NCBI GenBank assembly: GCA_040954595.2
Contig: CM082594.2
Coordinates: 10,542,176-10,606,175 of the forward strand
Reading direction: 5' to 3'
DNA: 64,000 bases
Source: Balanoglossus misakiensis
Taxonomy: Eukaryota; Animalia; Hemichordata
A program made the position numbers and the translations under genes. The notes under the pieces were generated by a model. That model made no database searches, had not been told where the DNA came from, and was given only the letters and a program-made list of their open reading frames with translations. The stretch's first letter is position 1. Each line of letters opens with the position of its first letter. Positions 27,234-42,248 of the stretch are shown here, one piece after another.

Positions 27234-30200
27234 TCATTTAAACATAACCATTCCTTTCTTCAGCACCTTGCCTCCCTCATCGAGCAGAGCTGGCCACACG
27301 AAATGATCGATCTCCGACCCATCCTCTGGAATCGTCTCTAACTTGCACTTGCTGTCCGGCTGGTGCATTTTGTGGTCGTAGCTGCGGCTCTCATTTTCGA
27401 TCACAAACGGAGGATATTCAATGTTCAGTTGCCATGACAGCCGACAACAATTACTGATGTAGTTCCCGATGGTGGTGTTGCTTGTCACGTCAGCTCCGAA
27501 CTCTTCCTCAACCCAATCCACAATACCCTGCAGACGGCAACAACATTACAAGAGTTGAAAACTTCTCTGAAATATTCATTCAAAATTACTTGGAGGAGAA
27601 ACATGGCCAAGTGTAGCCAACAACCCTACCCCCACTGTCTGGATCATCTATGACCACATTATTGTCAACTTACATGTTCCAGTTCCTTCAGTGGCCAAAC
27701 ACTGGTCTGCACTTTGAGGAAGCTGGATATCTCTTCCCGCAGTGCATCCGGAATGATGCCGGGATCGGCACGCAAGTCCTGGAAAAAAGACACATGCAGA
27801 GATGTTTGTGACTCAGGTGCTAGAATGAGTATGTTGAATAGAAAATGTTGTCTACCTAAGGAATACAGGGTTGTAATGTTTTGGGTGATGAGAAAAACTA
27901 TTGGACAAAGACTTACAGAAGAGGCCTGCATTCCGTGGGACGGAGAACCAGGATAGAGAAGAAGATGTGCCAAGCGGCCATTCATTGTGTCCACATGGTC
28001 CTTGGCAAGTTGAAATGAAACCTGCAACAGAATGGAAAAATACATATGTTTATTTTCACCAATTTCTTCAGTATTCTCAAGAATTTCACATGTTATCATT
28101 TGCAGTATGTTTCTAAATTACCCTGAGATATGACAAAATCTATGGCAAATCTCTGGAAACCCTTCAACGACCACAAGTATTTTCTACTCAAGTTTTGAAA
28201 ACAGATTAAGTGAACTTGCTGCCCTCCCCCTCCCCGGCTGTAAATACTGAACAGCCCCTTAGAACAAGACTTCTGGTAAATTCTAATTTTAAAAAAATGC
28301 TATGATCGATACTTTATTCTAATATACAAATGTTGAGCTGGAGGTCAATGCCATGCCAAACGATACGACCCTGTTTGCCCGCACCCCCCCCCCCTGACAT
28401 GACTTTGACCGTCCCTATTGTAAAGAGCGCCACCAGACGTACCACGAAGAGATCGCTGAGGAACTCCTGTCGTTTGCTGTCCGTCGCGAGACTTGAGAAT
28501 TCTTCGGATTCGTCGTCGGATTGGAGAGCTTGCATCGCCGTGGTTCTTTCTGTATTCTCCAACTGCCAGAAACTGGAGATCAAATTTGAAACGGCTTTGT
28601 TTTTCGCTTCCGTGTTGTTCTTCGCTTCGAATTCTTTGACTCTGAAAATTGTAATGTTGTTCAATACTAGAGTAAATAAATGAGCAGGCCTAAAATTACG
28701 AAAGTCACTAAAAAACTAACATGTCAACAAACAAATGCCAATAAATCCACCGCATTTCAGTCAAGTCACGTAGTCGTAATTTTTCAGTCAAGTCACGTGA
28801 TCGTACTGTTCCCAGAAATTTTCAAGATGGCGGTCAAGTTTGAATCTCCATGGAGAGGGACGTTTCAATTTCGATGATTGGATAGCCTACAGGTAAGGAT
28901 AACTCACTCCTTGAACTGAATCGATGCAAATTGGTATCGAGAAGTTGACCGATTATTTCTTATAGCTTAGAGCCTTGTCATGCGTGTGATTCTTAGGTCT
29001 GAATCGCAGATAAACGTAGGTCAATATGAAAGTGCGGTGACATCTCCGCCCCCCTCTCTCGCCCGCTGGTATACACGCCGATCATGCGCCTACACGTTGT
29101 TTAGGCAATGAATACTTTATAAATAGAGAATAGATTTTCTATTGTGTCTTGTGTACTGTACCGTTCTGAAAGTTCGTAAAATTTGCATGATACTATCACA
29201 ATTGGGTCAACCCGCTGGGGGTGACCTGAGGTGACCCCGGGCAGTATTGTTTCCAACCGCAAACCTGTGGGCGTGGCCAGTTTGCGTCGCGATAACAAAT
29301 TTACTGGTGTAAAAGGGTCTTGGAACCTTTCTAGATCCTATTAGTGGAATAAACTTGTAAACGCTGTCGATAAGATTCAAAATTACGTAACGTGGCTCAT
29401 TTTCCAAATGCCACTGCTTGCAAAAATGGGAAAATAATTGAACGGACTTCCGCCTTATGAGCTTATCACCTGCACAGAAGGAAATTCAAAACGGCAACTT
29501 TTGACCCCCATGTACGTTTCAAAATGGTGGGGTGTTTTGTTGTCCGTGGCTTAATGGTTAAAAGGCTACAATGTGAAATTGACAAACCACGTCATTTATA
29601 ATATCACTTAATTGACTGAAATAGACATGTCACGAATAATCAGTTCAATCATAGACGTATCCCTATATTAAAATACCTCCTTGGTTTTATATTATTTAAG
29701 GCATAGCGGGTCATGCATTTTAGGTGATGAAATGTGATATATTTGTATACAACTAGAAATAGATTCCAATCATAATTAATAGGTTGATAATACATTTGTA
29801 CTGAAAATGCGTGGTCCTGATAAGTAGAGGAAGGGCTGAACGTTAAAATATTTTGACATATTTACTGCAGCCTTACCGTGTCACCATTTCCTTATTTTGG
29901 TCATTCAGTTTGCTAGCAACACCTTGTAAAGTGGCGTATTGCTGTTTGAGTTGGCCATAGTGCGTTTTCAGTTCTTCAATTTCTGCCGACAGTTTCCTGT
30001 TCTCAAGTCCACCATTTTCCCGTTCTGCCTGACAGGCGACTAGTTGATCGTTCAGTTCCTTGTTCTCGCCTTGAACTTTGATTAGCTGTTCCGTCAATTT
30101 GGCCACTTTATCATCGTCTCCTAACGTCAGCGATTTCTGTAACAGCTGGATCGCTTGCGAGACCAGAGCTTTTGAGTTCTCGCCACTGGCACTGTCCGAA

Positions 30201-30481
30201 ATTTGAACATTCGAGCTGCGACCATCGACCGCGACGATGGTACTTCTGCTGGGTTTGACGGGTCTTGTGCGAGGCGCGGCTTTGGGGACGGGTGCGGAGT
30301 GCCGCTTGGTGATGGGGCGAGCGTCCGTAGCCGAGTTGAACTCTCCAGGTCCGGGTAGACTACCGTCTCCCGTCTTTCTATACACCTCTCCCGGGCCGTC
30401 CATGGCCGTAACCGCGGTCGAATTCGCCGGTGGCGTATTACCGAACTTTACATTCCCCTTTCTCCTAAATGCCGACCACAT
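27234..30481 (-). CDS. Coiled-coil plus Mieap (mitochondria-eating protein/SPATA18-like) C-terminal domain protein, ~435 aa; exons 30481-29877, 28641-28443, 28021-27917, 27778-27674, 27527-27234
   Basis: The five exons join in frame at GT-AG sites (1308 nt in total). The C-terminus YISNCCRLSWQLNIEYPPF...FVWPALLDEGGKVLKKGMV fits my recollection of the Mieap C-terminal pattern (C-x-L-x-W...PP; WP-x-L...G-x-V-L-x-KG-x-V). The middle is heptad-rich. Confidence 0.75.
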
Positions 30482-32399
30482 ATCTGGGTTCGAAGTTCCC
30501 GTTTGGTGACCACTGTGTTAGTGGACCCCTGTAAATAAGTAAAGCGCAGGTATTACTGGAGTCAAGTGCCTCGGCCGCACATGTGATGGTCGTCAGCTAT
30601 CCAATTTCTGAGAGAAAAACACCAATTTGCTGCGTTCCACAAACAGCGCCCCGTTGCAACACACACCGGAATACGCATTGAACACATGAACTCGATCGAT
30701 CGGGTCAGTATTTTGTAAGGAGCCAGTAATCTATTCTTTTGATGTGTTTTTATTTACAACCAAACATGCCTTTAAGTGCGCAAGTCAAAAGAAAGTTAGA
30801 AGACGTCATGAGGTGTCGCGACCTCACGAAGAATTTAGGTGGTGGTAGATTTTTTGCATTTATTGGCCCCAGGGTACTGTTTTGACTTTTCATTGATCAG
30901 ATATCGGCCTTAACTCGTAGTTGATGCCGTTGTCAAGGCAACAGAAAACCTTAAGAGTGTCTGAGTGTTAAGTGTTGCAGTGTTCCGTTCCTGTTTTCTA
31001 CAAAAACCTATGCTTGCATGGTGTGACCTGGTTTCGTTCGCAAATAAAGCTGACTTGACAGGCCTTCACTGTTAGAAGTCAAATTGCACGGCACCCGGGG
31101 CGACCCTGTCCGACAGCAACTTGTCATGCGCACAAACTCTGCAGTGCCACTTGAGCAGAATAACTTAAACTAGATAGCCCCATCACATTTAAACAATGTC
31201 AATAAAGGTCGGATGTATTTCTTCGAATTCATCATGATAATGATATCGCCCTTGTTGCTTGATATTGGAAAAAGGACATCTCATCTATATTTGATGATTT
31301 GAAAGCTTAAAAAGTAAAGTAACATTTATACGTGTATTTGCGTATTTTTATCATATCAAAGGATAACGGTCGTCTAGAATTGAACAACGCCCTTTGGGTG
31401 AACACGTTGTGCGTGTCAACTGAAAGCTGTGTTTTACCACCTACCGTCAAAATAATTTCTCGGCTTCGTACCACTGAAATCTGGTTGCTATGGTGTTAGA
31501 ATCGGCGTCGCCACTTTCCATCTCTGTCGCTGCTAAACGCGGACATTCTTGTTTCATAAATGACTTAAAATTGGAGTCAATTAAGCCCGTGTGAATCTAT
31601 TTTTAGCGACATGATGCGCAGGTGGGATGACACGTTTGCGTATTTGCATAGAGGATAGAGACGGTTGACCTCGAGTGACCCCTGAGTGACGTCATCTGTT
31701 CAGACCTTCCAGCAAATAAACGCCCCAACTGCAATTTTCATTTTAAAAAACACTTGTGGATATCGTTCGATTCGTATATGTCAATCTAAATGTTATAAAC
31801 ACAAAATTCATCCTAATAAGTTGTTGAGAATATTTTATTACAATGATAAAATGCTCTACATTTGACAAGTTTGTCGAGGCGCCATTTTAACTGATGTGAT
31901 AATTCTCTATCTCCTGATAGGATGAATTCCATGGTTGGTTAAGTTCGATTAATTATCTTGTCACAGAAACTACAAAACACACAATTCCAAGCAAACAACC
32001 GATTTATAAGCTAGCTAACACGGGTCAGTCTGTTCATTTCGATTACAAATTAATAATTTAACATTATCGTAGAATTATTAACATCTCTGGTGACGTCCAC
32101 GCTGGTTCCTTACATCAAAGATTGTTTCATGAATGAATGTTAATTCTACTTCGTCATATGCCCATATATTGTTAAACCGTTGAAGTATAATAAATGTTCT
32201 AACAAATATAGTGCCTTTTTAGTGCGACTACAGCCTAAGTCGGGCAACTCGAAAGTCTCAATAAAAGAATAAGATATGTGTTGTCATAAATCATAATTCT
32301 AGAAGCACGTTCTACATACAGTGCTGTTTCAATTAAACGAATTAATTAAAACTACAACGATATGTAGTATATATTGTATTGTTAGCGCCCTCAACCATT

Positions 32400-33557
32400 C
32401 TAATGAACTTTTTTAACAAACCGGCGCAAAGCTCCCTCCGCTCTGAATTTGATGCACTCCATCCGATCTCTCAGAAGAGAATTTTCATCCAGAAATTTAC
32501 CGATATCTTCGTCTAGCATTTTTAAATTCGGTAAAAAGTCTAAGTAGATTTTTTCGGGCGATCTATCCTTAGCGCCTTTACTCAACAATCCAGATATTGA
32601 TTTCGTCATGACGTCCAGGGATTGGAGATAATGTACGGGTGTGGCCGTGTCGGTGAGTTGGTCGACGGCGTCTCTCGCCCGTGAGATTGCGCCTTCGTCC
32701 ACCGATATAGCGGTGTGTTGAGCCTCCAAGGTCTGACGCTTTCTGAAACAGATTCTGTACAAGTCTTTCTTTCGCTCTCTCTGTAGATGGGTGACATGGT
32801 CGATAATACTCTCCGCGTATGAGTCGATGCGCTTTTCGATCTGTTCACGGGTTTGTTCCAGAGCGGCTATCTCCCGCTCCGTGTCTTCGCGGTCTTGTCG
32901 AACTTTCCCGAGCAAGGTTTCTAGTTCTTCAATAAGCGGTTGTAGTTTGTATTTTTCGTCTTCCGCTGCTTCTTGCAAGTGTTTGCGCCTGTGTATCGGC
33001 TCGGGGTGGTCAACAGTCGCGCAGGTGATGCAGACGGGGATTTTACAAGTTGCGCAGAAGACTTTCAGCGTCTCCCCGGGGTGTTGGTCGCAGTATGTGT
33101 CGGGGTCGAGAGACTCCGGGTCCAGGAGAAGCCGGCGCTTGTACTGATCCATGGGGATGGTGTGATGTACGAATGAGTCCAGAGCTCTAGAATGCGTGGC
33201 GATGCAGTTCACGCACAAATTCCGGTCGCAATTTAAACACCTGGCGACGGCGTTTTTGTGTCTCATTCCGCACGCCCCACACCCGCCATCTCCGGCACCA
33301 GCACGACTTTCGACGTAACCGTGCAGGTCGGTGATGAAAAAGTTGGTCTTGAGCGCCCCCACCCCACCAAGGGGCAGCTCAAACTCTTCCCTGCAGAGGG
33401 GACAGCTCTGGTCGCGATTGGCCACCGAAGATTCGAGACAGTCCTCGCAGAAAGTGTGCAGACACGGCAACGTCTTGGGTTTCTGGAAAACATTCCTGCA
33501 GATACTGCAAGTCAGGAAGTCGTTGGTGATTTCTTCTTTGATGAGACCGTCCGCCAT
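32400..33557 (-). CDS. TRIM-family E3 ubiquitin ligase with intronless CDS (RING C3HC4, B-box1, B-box2, coiled coil), 385 aa, no recognisable C-terminal domain
   Basis: RING: CSIC...PCLHTFCEDC...CPLCR. B-box1: CGAC...CLNC...LCVNCIATH...HH. B-box2: CDQH...FCATCKIPVCITC...DH...H. A long coiled coil follows. The N-terminus resembles TRIM56/TRIM2/3/45. Confidence 0.92.
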   Translation of the reverse strand: MADGLIKEEITNDFLTCSICRNVFQKPKTLPCLHTFCEDCLESSVANRDQSCPLCREEFELPLGGVGALKTNFFITDLHGYVESRAGAGDGGCGACGMRHKNAVARCLNCDRNLCVNCIATHSRALDSFVHHTIPMDQYKRRLLLDPESLDPDTYCDQHPGETLKVFCATCKIPVCITCATVDHPEPIHRRKHLQEAAEDEKYKLQPLIEELETLLGKVRQDREDTEREIAALEQTREQIEKRIDSYAESIIDHVTHLQRERKKDLYRICFRKRQTLEAQHTAISVDEGAISRARDAVDQLTDTATPVHYLQSLDVMTKSISGLLSKGAKDRSPEKIYLDFLPNLKMLDEDIGKFLDENSLLRDRMECIKFRAEGALRRFVKKVH

Positions 33558-34177
33558 CTTTTAAATCTCGGAACAGGTTGCAGCTTAGACGCGGTTGTTT
33601 CCGATGGTGATTTGTAGTAACTCAAAGTATGCGACTCTGCTAGTCCCGATAATTTACTACTCGGCCAACACTCGAAACTGTAAATGAAGGACAAAGAAAC
33701 ATATACTCAAAGTTCTCCCAAGTGTTTTGACTGCTCGCGGTCCCCTGACAACAAAGTTTCAACACAAACAAAACAGTCCGCGGCAACACAAGACTTTGCA
33801 TTTGTAATTTAAAAAAATAATGAAAAAAAAACGTGCTCAACGCAAACCACCGCACCCTTATATCAACCTTTACCAATCCCAAATTGCTATTTTTGTAACA
33901 AACACAGAACGCCCACAACAATTTCACACTCGAGGAATCGTTTATTTTGACCGGTTCCATAGCAATTATCGCTGTGAAATTGACTTTTGGTAAGTGGGTC
34001 ATTTGTGAGAAAAAAGGATTGCAAGACTTCAGTGGATAACAAAGAAAGCCACGCCGAATTCTTCAGATTGTTCATATCCCACGAGAAGGTATATGCATTG
34101 ATTGTTCGACAAGTATTATCCATTTAACAGTCCTTGCATCGAGTCAGACAGAGTTCAAAGTACAAGAGAACATAGCC

Positions 34178-34315
34178 ACATACATACATACATACATACA
34201 TACATACATACATACATACATACATACATACATACATACATACATACATACATACATACATACATACATACATACATACATACATACATACATACATACA
34301 TACATACAGACAGAC

Positions 34316-34352
<37 letters not shown>
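34178..34352. repeat. Compound (TACA)n-(GACA)n microsatellite
   Basis: Directly visible tetranucleotide runs. Confidence 0.97.
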
Positions 34353-35267
34353 GGTCATTCTTCGCAAACAGTGAACATATTAATTGCTACGCGTTATTGG
34401 CAGCCAGGCCTTTCTTAAATAGGATAACGATATAACCCAACGAAAATCGAGGAATAATAATGGGCCCCTTGATAACAAAATAACAAGCGTTATATTTAGG
34501 TCAATATAGAGATTAAACACAATATGAAAAGGTGACCCAGTGTATCTGGGGTCAATCCGGTCTGCAGTTGGCCTCTGTTGTATTGATAAATAATGAACTG
34601 TTGCCGAGTTGGTGACAATAAAGTGGCGTCGAGTTTGAATAATGGTTGCAGACAGTAAGAAAGAAGCGAAATAACATACACTTTTCAGTACGGTTGGATA
34701 TAAATTGCCCGTGCCCTGTCATGTTTTACTGCAGTAATGTAGTATACGCGTTTTAATAATTCCACAACGTACGTACGTTTAAACAATCGACAACATTGTA
34801 TTGAAAAGTAAGGTATTATTCTTAATATACGCACTGACAGTAAAGAATTTTATGAAGATAAACGTTAAAATATTCCAACTGATACGTACCACAGGCCAGT
34901 GCGAGATTTTGAGACACAGTTAGCGGACAAGGTCACTTAAAATGATATGTGGCATCCAATTAGTACGATAAGATAAACCGTTGCATGCAGCTTTTAACTG
35001 AAACAGGGCTCATACAATACTCACATTGTTTGGGTACCTCACTGTACAGAGGACTCTGTGTTTGACACTACCGGTTTACTGAAGCCTGGTCGACCGCAGG
35101 TGTGTATTAAACGCCGACAAGAAGGTCACGTGATTAGAGAAAATATTTTGATGCGGATCTCCGACTCGAGTCGGTGCCAAAGGTGACTCAGGTAACCGCG
35201 TAAGAAAACGAAATAAATCGTTAACTTGACTATTGAGGCGTATGGCATCAACAACTGAACCCCGCCC

Positions 35268-35281
35268 ATCTCTCTCCCTCT

Positions 35282-35323
<42 letters not shown>
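35268..35323. repeat. (CT)n microsatellite
   Basis: Directly visible. Confidence 0.95.
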
Positions 35324-35326
<3 letters not shown>

Positions 35327-38324
35327 GTACTGTCGTAGCTAATGTTGACACAGGGCGTGGCAAGGGGAGTATCAGAATTTACAGCGAGTCCATACCTCTT
35401 CTTCCATTTTATCTTTGTCTTCGTATTGCATCTTCCAGATTCCTGCACCCAATTTACCGCTTATCATGTAACGTTGGCGATTGTGTCGTCATGGGAACAA
35501 AGAAATGGTGAACTAGTTGTGCGTACCCGTGTTTATATCTGGATGGTAAGGTGTTGTTGAACGTGGCAGGTAAGATTTGCGCAAAAGGATTGCGTTATGC
35601 AATCTCATTGTTTAATTATTTTCAAGAAAGAAAAAATCTTGTCAACGGCGCCCTCTTAGTATTGTAAAGCGGAGTAAGGTAATTACATGAGATGTACATT
35701 GTACTAGTAAAACCTCTCTTCTGTCTGTGGTTAAAGTAAACATAACCAGTACTGTCTTTATGGAAATAGCACTGAGCTATTGTGTAACAACTTCCCGATT
35801 ACCGTTTTAAGAGCCTATATGTTTGAATCGATTTCTTGGTTGTGTAAGAATCGATCGAGATGGCCACAATTGCACATAAATGGCACATCACTGTACATAA
35901 ACTGGTCTTATGGAAGTTGAAGAGTTTAAATCGATCGTATCAGCACCGAACAGCAACGTGAAATTTTAGGAATTGTCACACTCGGTGGTGATCATTTCAT
36001 TCGGTTTGGTCGATTACCGCTCGGGGCTGAGTCTGCTCAGTTGGCCCCACGCGCCGTGTTTACGGGGCATGGCAACAAACAAAATGAAACAAAACAAAGC
36101 GCAATATGTGGTGTCATCAACTACGATGTGAATTTCAAGACGGCGACATTCGTGTGATATAGTGTGCGCCACGTGCACAGATAATCGAAATAAATCTGAC
36201 ATGTTCAAAACAAAAATTACGTGATAGTTATTGGGAACGACATCAAATGAAGTGAATAGCCATCATAAGATTGTCGATAAAGTTACGGAAATAGTTTTAA
36301 TGTCGTACTCTAATTGGATTAGCTGTATTACAAAGTCTGTCTTGATTTCTGTTGTCGTGTGGCTGATGTTGTCATAGTGACTACGCCAATTAGGTTGGCT
36401 GGACATCCTTGAAAACATGAAAGTGACAGTTTCAAAAGTTCGGATTGAGCGTTTTTCGGTGATATGATACGTGGCACCATAGTCTCATAGAAGCAAGACT
36501 CGCTTCTAATATGCAAGTTTGTCAAATTCTGATATAACGCTTGTTCCTGTAGATTAACATGACATGCAACTATTTTATCGCGGAAACGTTCTACACCTGA
36601 AGTTCAGGTCACAAGATTAATCGGACAACTGTTAAGTTCCCGGTAAAGTGAGATAAACAACCTATATCGATGTGTTGATAACAGTCGAGGATCTTCGGGA
36701 TCATCTCGCGGTAAACAAAACGATAAATAGCTCGTCGTCAAGATACTGATTACGTCACACGGACCGTCTTTGCTGTTGAGAACAAAGGCGGTCACTCCGA
36801 CCCATGGCTTCAACCTTTGACATGTTTGCTAATTTATGCGCGAATGTCCTTTTGGTACGAAGACGTGTCGTGACAGATAGAAAACGATTTTCACCTTCGG
36901 CGCATTGCATGTTTTGTTTGGCTCTTCTGTCAAAAGAATGAACAATGCACGTCCAGTGAAGAAACGTTCAAGTTCTGTCTTGTGGTGGCCGGTCCTCCTT
37001 GTTAATCTTGAAAACGTGGCCTCGGTTTCTGAATAGAGATCATCTGTGCCTCGTCACCATCTTGGTCCAAGTGCGAGTCTTCAGTGGTCTTTGACCAGGT
37101 GAAGAATATTGTAGGGTTACTTTTTAGTTTAATAAATACTAGGTTTTCTCAGTCTTTGTCAAAACCTTGTGCGTACATCTCTATGTCCCGGAAGAATGAT
37201 ATGGTTGACACTAGCACACATCTCCTAGCACACCAAGAGTGGGGCGGATGTGACCTTGTAACCTCTGAAATGACCTGTCAACGACCATTAAGTGGTTGTA
37301 GGCTTTCCCTACATGACTTTTTATGTTATAATTAATTTATAGCCTCGTGAGACCTATGTTTTTGGTGCTGTCTGTCAGTGGAGGTGTGTGGTACTTGTGT
37401 GACCTACAGTCTTTCCATCACCGTCCACGATTACAATGACATTGGCTAATGCGTGAAGACATTAACGATTTTCTGACATTATCACGAGAGAAGAAAAAAG
37501 TAAATTTCGTCGTGCTTTGGTGACAGGTGTACCCGTAAAACTGTCAACGGGTGGAAAAAATATACCATTGCTATTTTTATTGGTTTGTTTTAGAATGCGA
37601 CTCAAACATCATTCTGTGTTCGTTCGTTTGTCCCTTTATTTGTTTGTTTGCCGTGGAAACATTCTCCTTCACACGAAACAGTTTTTTTGTCATTCAAATT
37701 GCGTCAACTGTCTCTGTCAAAAGGACAGGCCCTCCGTGATAAAGAAAGGATCATTTGTTTCCCCTTGAACGAAACACTCGGGAAAAAAGTATCTATACTA
37801 GTTTGTTTTCGTGCATATTACATCATCTAAAATAAACCCTGTCTTCGATAGTAATTCGTCAACCGAACAACTTGATTCCAGCAAGCATGCTGGTAACTAA
37901 GTATGGGTGGCCTTGGTGATAAAAAAGTACACGAGTGTGAGTAATCTTGAAAAGTGTCACGTGGACAGACCTATCCCTCTCTCCTTGACAACCAGCAGAT
38001 GCGCAAGCGCGTAGTGAATATACTTCTGTAAACAGTGATGCACAGCAACGGTATTTATGTAAATTAGATCATCGTGTTTCAAGGGTAATTCTTGTTGTCT
38101 AGTGCAACGTTTCTAACGTTTTTATAAGTTTATTCTACCGTGTGATTAAAAAATTATAGTGTCTGTATCGATATTTAATTGTATCAAGCTTTATATGCCA
38201 TCGCTGATCTCAGAAAATGGACACAGAACGCATTTAAAGGAGGAGAGAACACCCTTTAACAGGCCTACCTATCTTAAATGGTACGTTCGTCAATTTGCTT
38301 AACCGATCAACTGAGCACAATTGG

Positions 38325-38416
38325 CCAATCGGAGAGCTCAATGATTTGAATCTTATTAACGGCCATAGCAACGGATAGGGTATATAAAGGGGTCATCCCG
38401 CCTTCGACCTTCATTG
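38325..38416 (+). promoter_or_regulatory. Alpha-tubulin core promoter: CCAAT (38325), X-box-like half site (38359-38372), TATATAAA (38381), initiator-like TCATTG (38411)
   Basis: The motifs are in canonical order and spacing, about 100-190 bp upstream of the ATG. Confidence 0.7.
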
Positions 38417-38516
38417 CAGTTCTCACTGTCTGACTATAACCGTCAACGTTGTGAGGCAATTTTGAATCTAATTTAACGCCAATTTCCTCCTCTACTTTAA
38501 ACCACATCAAGTCAAA

Positions 38517-40841
<2,325 letters not shown>

Positions 40842-41981
40842 ACATGCTTAGACTATCAATCAACATCAACATCATGACTAACACTCCGAACAATGTAGCT
40901 TGAGAATTTCAGTTTTGAATCTTTGGCGACATTTGTAGGATTTATTTTTGTTGATTCAACATCAGAAACGCCGAGTAACAACTTCGGTTTAAGTGTATAT
41001 GAACGTGTTCTTTGAACACCTAAGCTTATGTTCTGTTAAGTCAGAAATAAAAAGACTAAACCTAAAATTGGTCGTATGTGTTGTATTACTTGCAGTTTGT
41101 TGTGTGTGATATACAAGTACCAATTCAAAGCAAAATCCCTCAAAATGAAAGTGTTTTCACATTCTGTCACTTTGTCTCCTTGATTCCTTTTCTACCTGCT
41201 TTCTTTTCAAGAGGAATAATTTTGGAACGAAAAGGTAAAATATCGCCCACACTAAATGTACTTTGCCCTGTCGACACGCATGAGCAGGAAACAACAGTAC
41301 CCTCAACTGACTTCAGTGCGCATGAATCTCACCCCGTTCACTACTGGGCGCCTAAATAGTCGCCAACTCGTCACCTTTGCCAAAACCATCGCTTTGTACC
41401 CGGTGGGTCCCCTAAATAAAGTCGTATCAAACACACTGTGACAAAATTGGCCCCCGTCAACTTCAGACCATGAGTCTATACAGAACCAAATTACGCTTGA
41501 AGCAACTCAAACAATCTTACTTTCCGACTCGGACTACAAAATCAGCGAAACTGAAATCACGATTATTCTTTTGTTTTTATTATACTAAATGTAAATGGTA
41601 AAGAGGGTGCAGTTTTCAAGTTCATTGACAGTTACCATGAATGGACCAGCCTAGGCGGCCCCAAAGAAGTAATTGCTTGCCCACTGGTGAATTTGTCATG
41701 TGGTGAAATCAAGATTGGACATTGTGCTAAGACTTTGTTATATTTCTGACATGGTCACTTTCGTAACCCCTGAGGGATTAAACGTTATACTGGTCTACAT
41801 TTTATCTTGCCGCGACTTTGCAATGGAATTATTGCGGGCTCTCATTTTTCTGCTAAAAATCCTTTCGTCTCTGTTCTTTTGCCAAAAAAACAGGGGCCGT
41901 ATTCTCACAAATTGCTTTTTCTTCTCATGATGAATTGGAAAATCCGGAATCGGGGAAACTGGTCTTACAACGAGACTGGCC

Positions 41982-42248
41982 ATTCTAGAATATTCTTTAG
42001 CGCCGGAAGAACTATGACGTAACCACATCGGAATGCTGCATTCAGAAGAGGGGTGGACAGGTCAGTAATAAACGACGCCCCCAATCATTACCCATAAAAG
42101 CTCAGTTGGCTTCGTCGAGTTCATTGTCATTTAGCTCGTGTTGAAGAAGAGCTGAAAATTTTGTGTGTGAAGAACACCAGGTCAAAAATTACGACGTTTT
42201 GAGACTTATATTCGCAGTTTCCTTTAACTTTTAACTTCTTACAACCAG
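41982..42248 (+). promoter_or_regulatory. HSP70 promoter and probable non-coding first exon: HSE 41982-41996, CRE-like 42015, CCAAT 42081, CATAAAAG 42093, donor at 42249
   Basis: aTTCtaGAAtaTTCt is a perfect 3-unit HSE. The donor cag|gtaggt pairs with the acceptor tag|aaaaaATG at 44101, the layout of HSC70 genes with a non-coding exon 1. Confidence 0.65.

Noticed and set aside
34102-34374. ORFs with HTYI or MYVC repeats, and the poly-Met ORF at 1825
   Set aside because: Translations of microsatellites.
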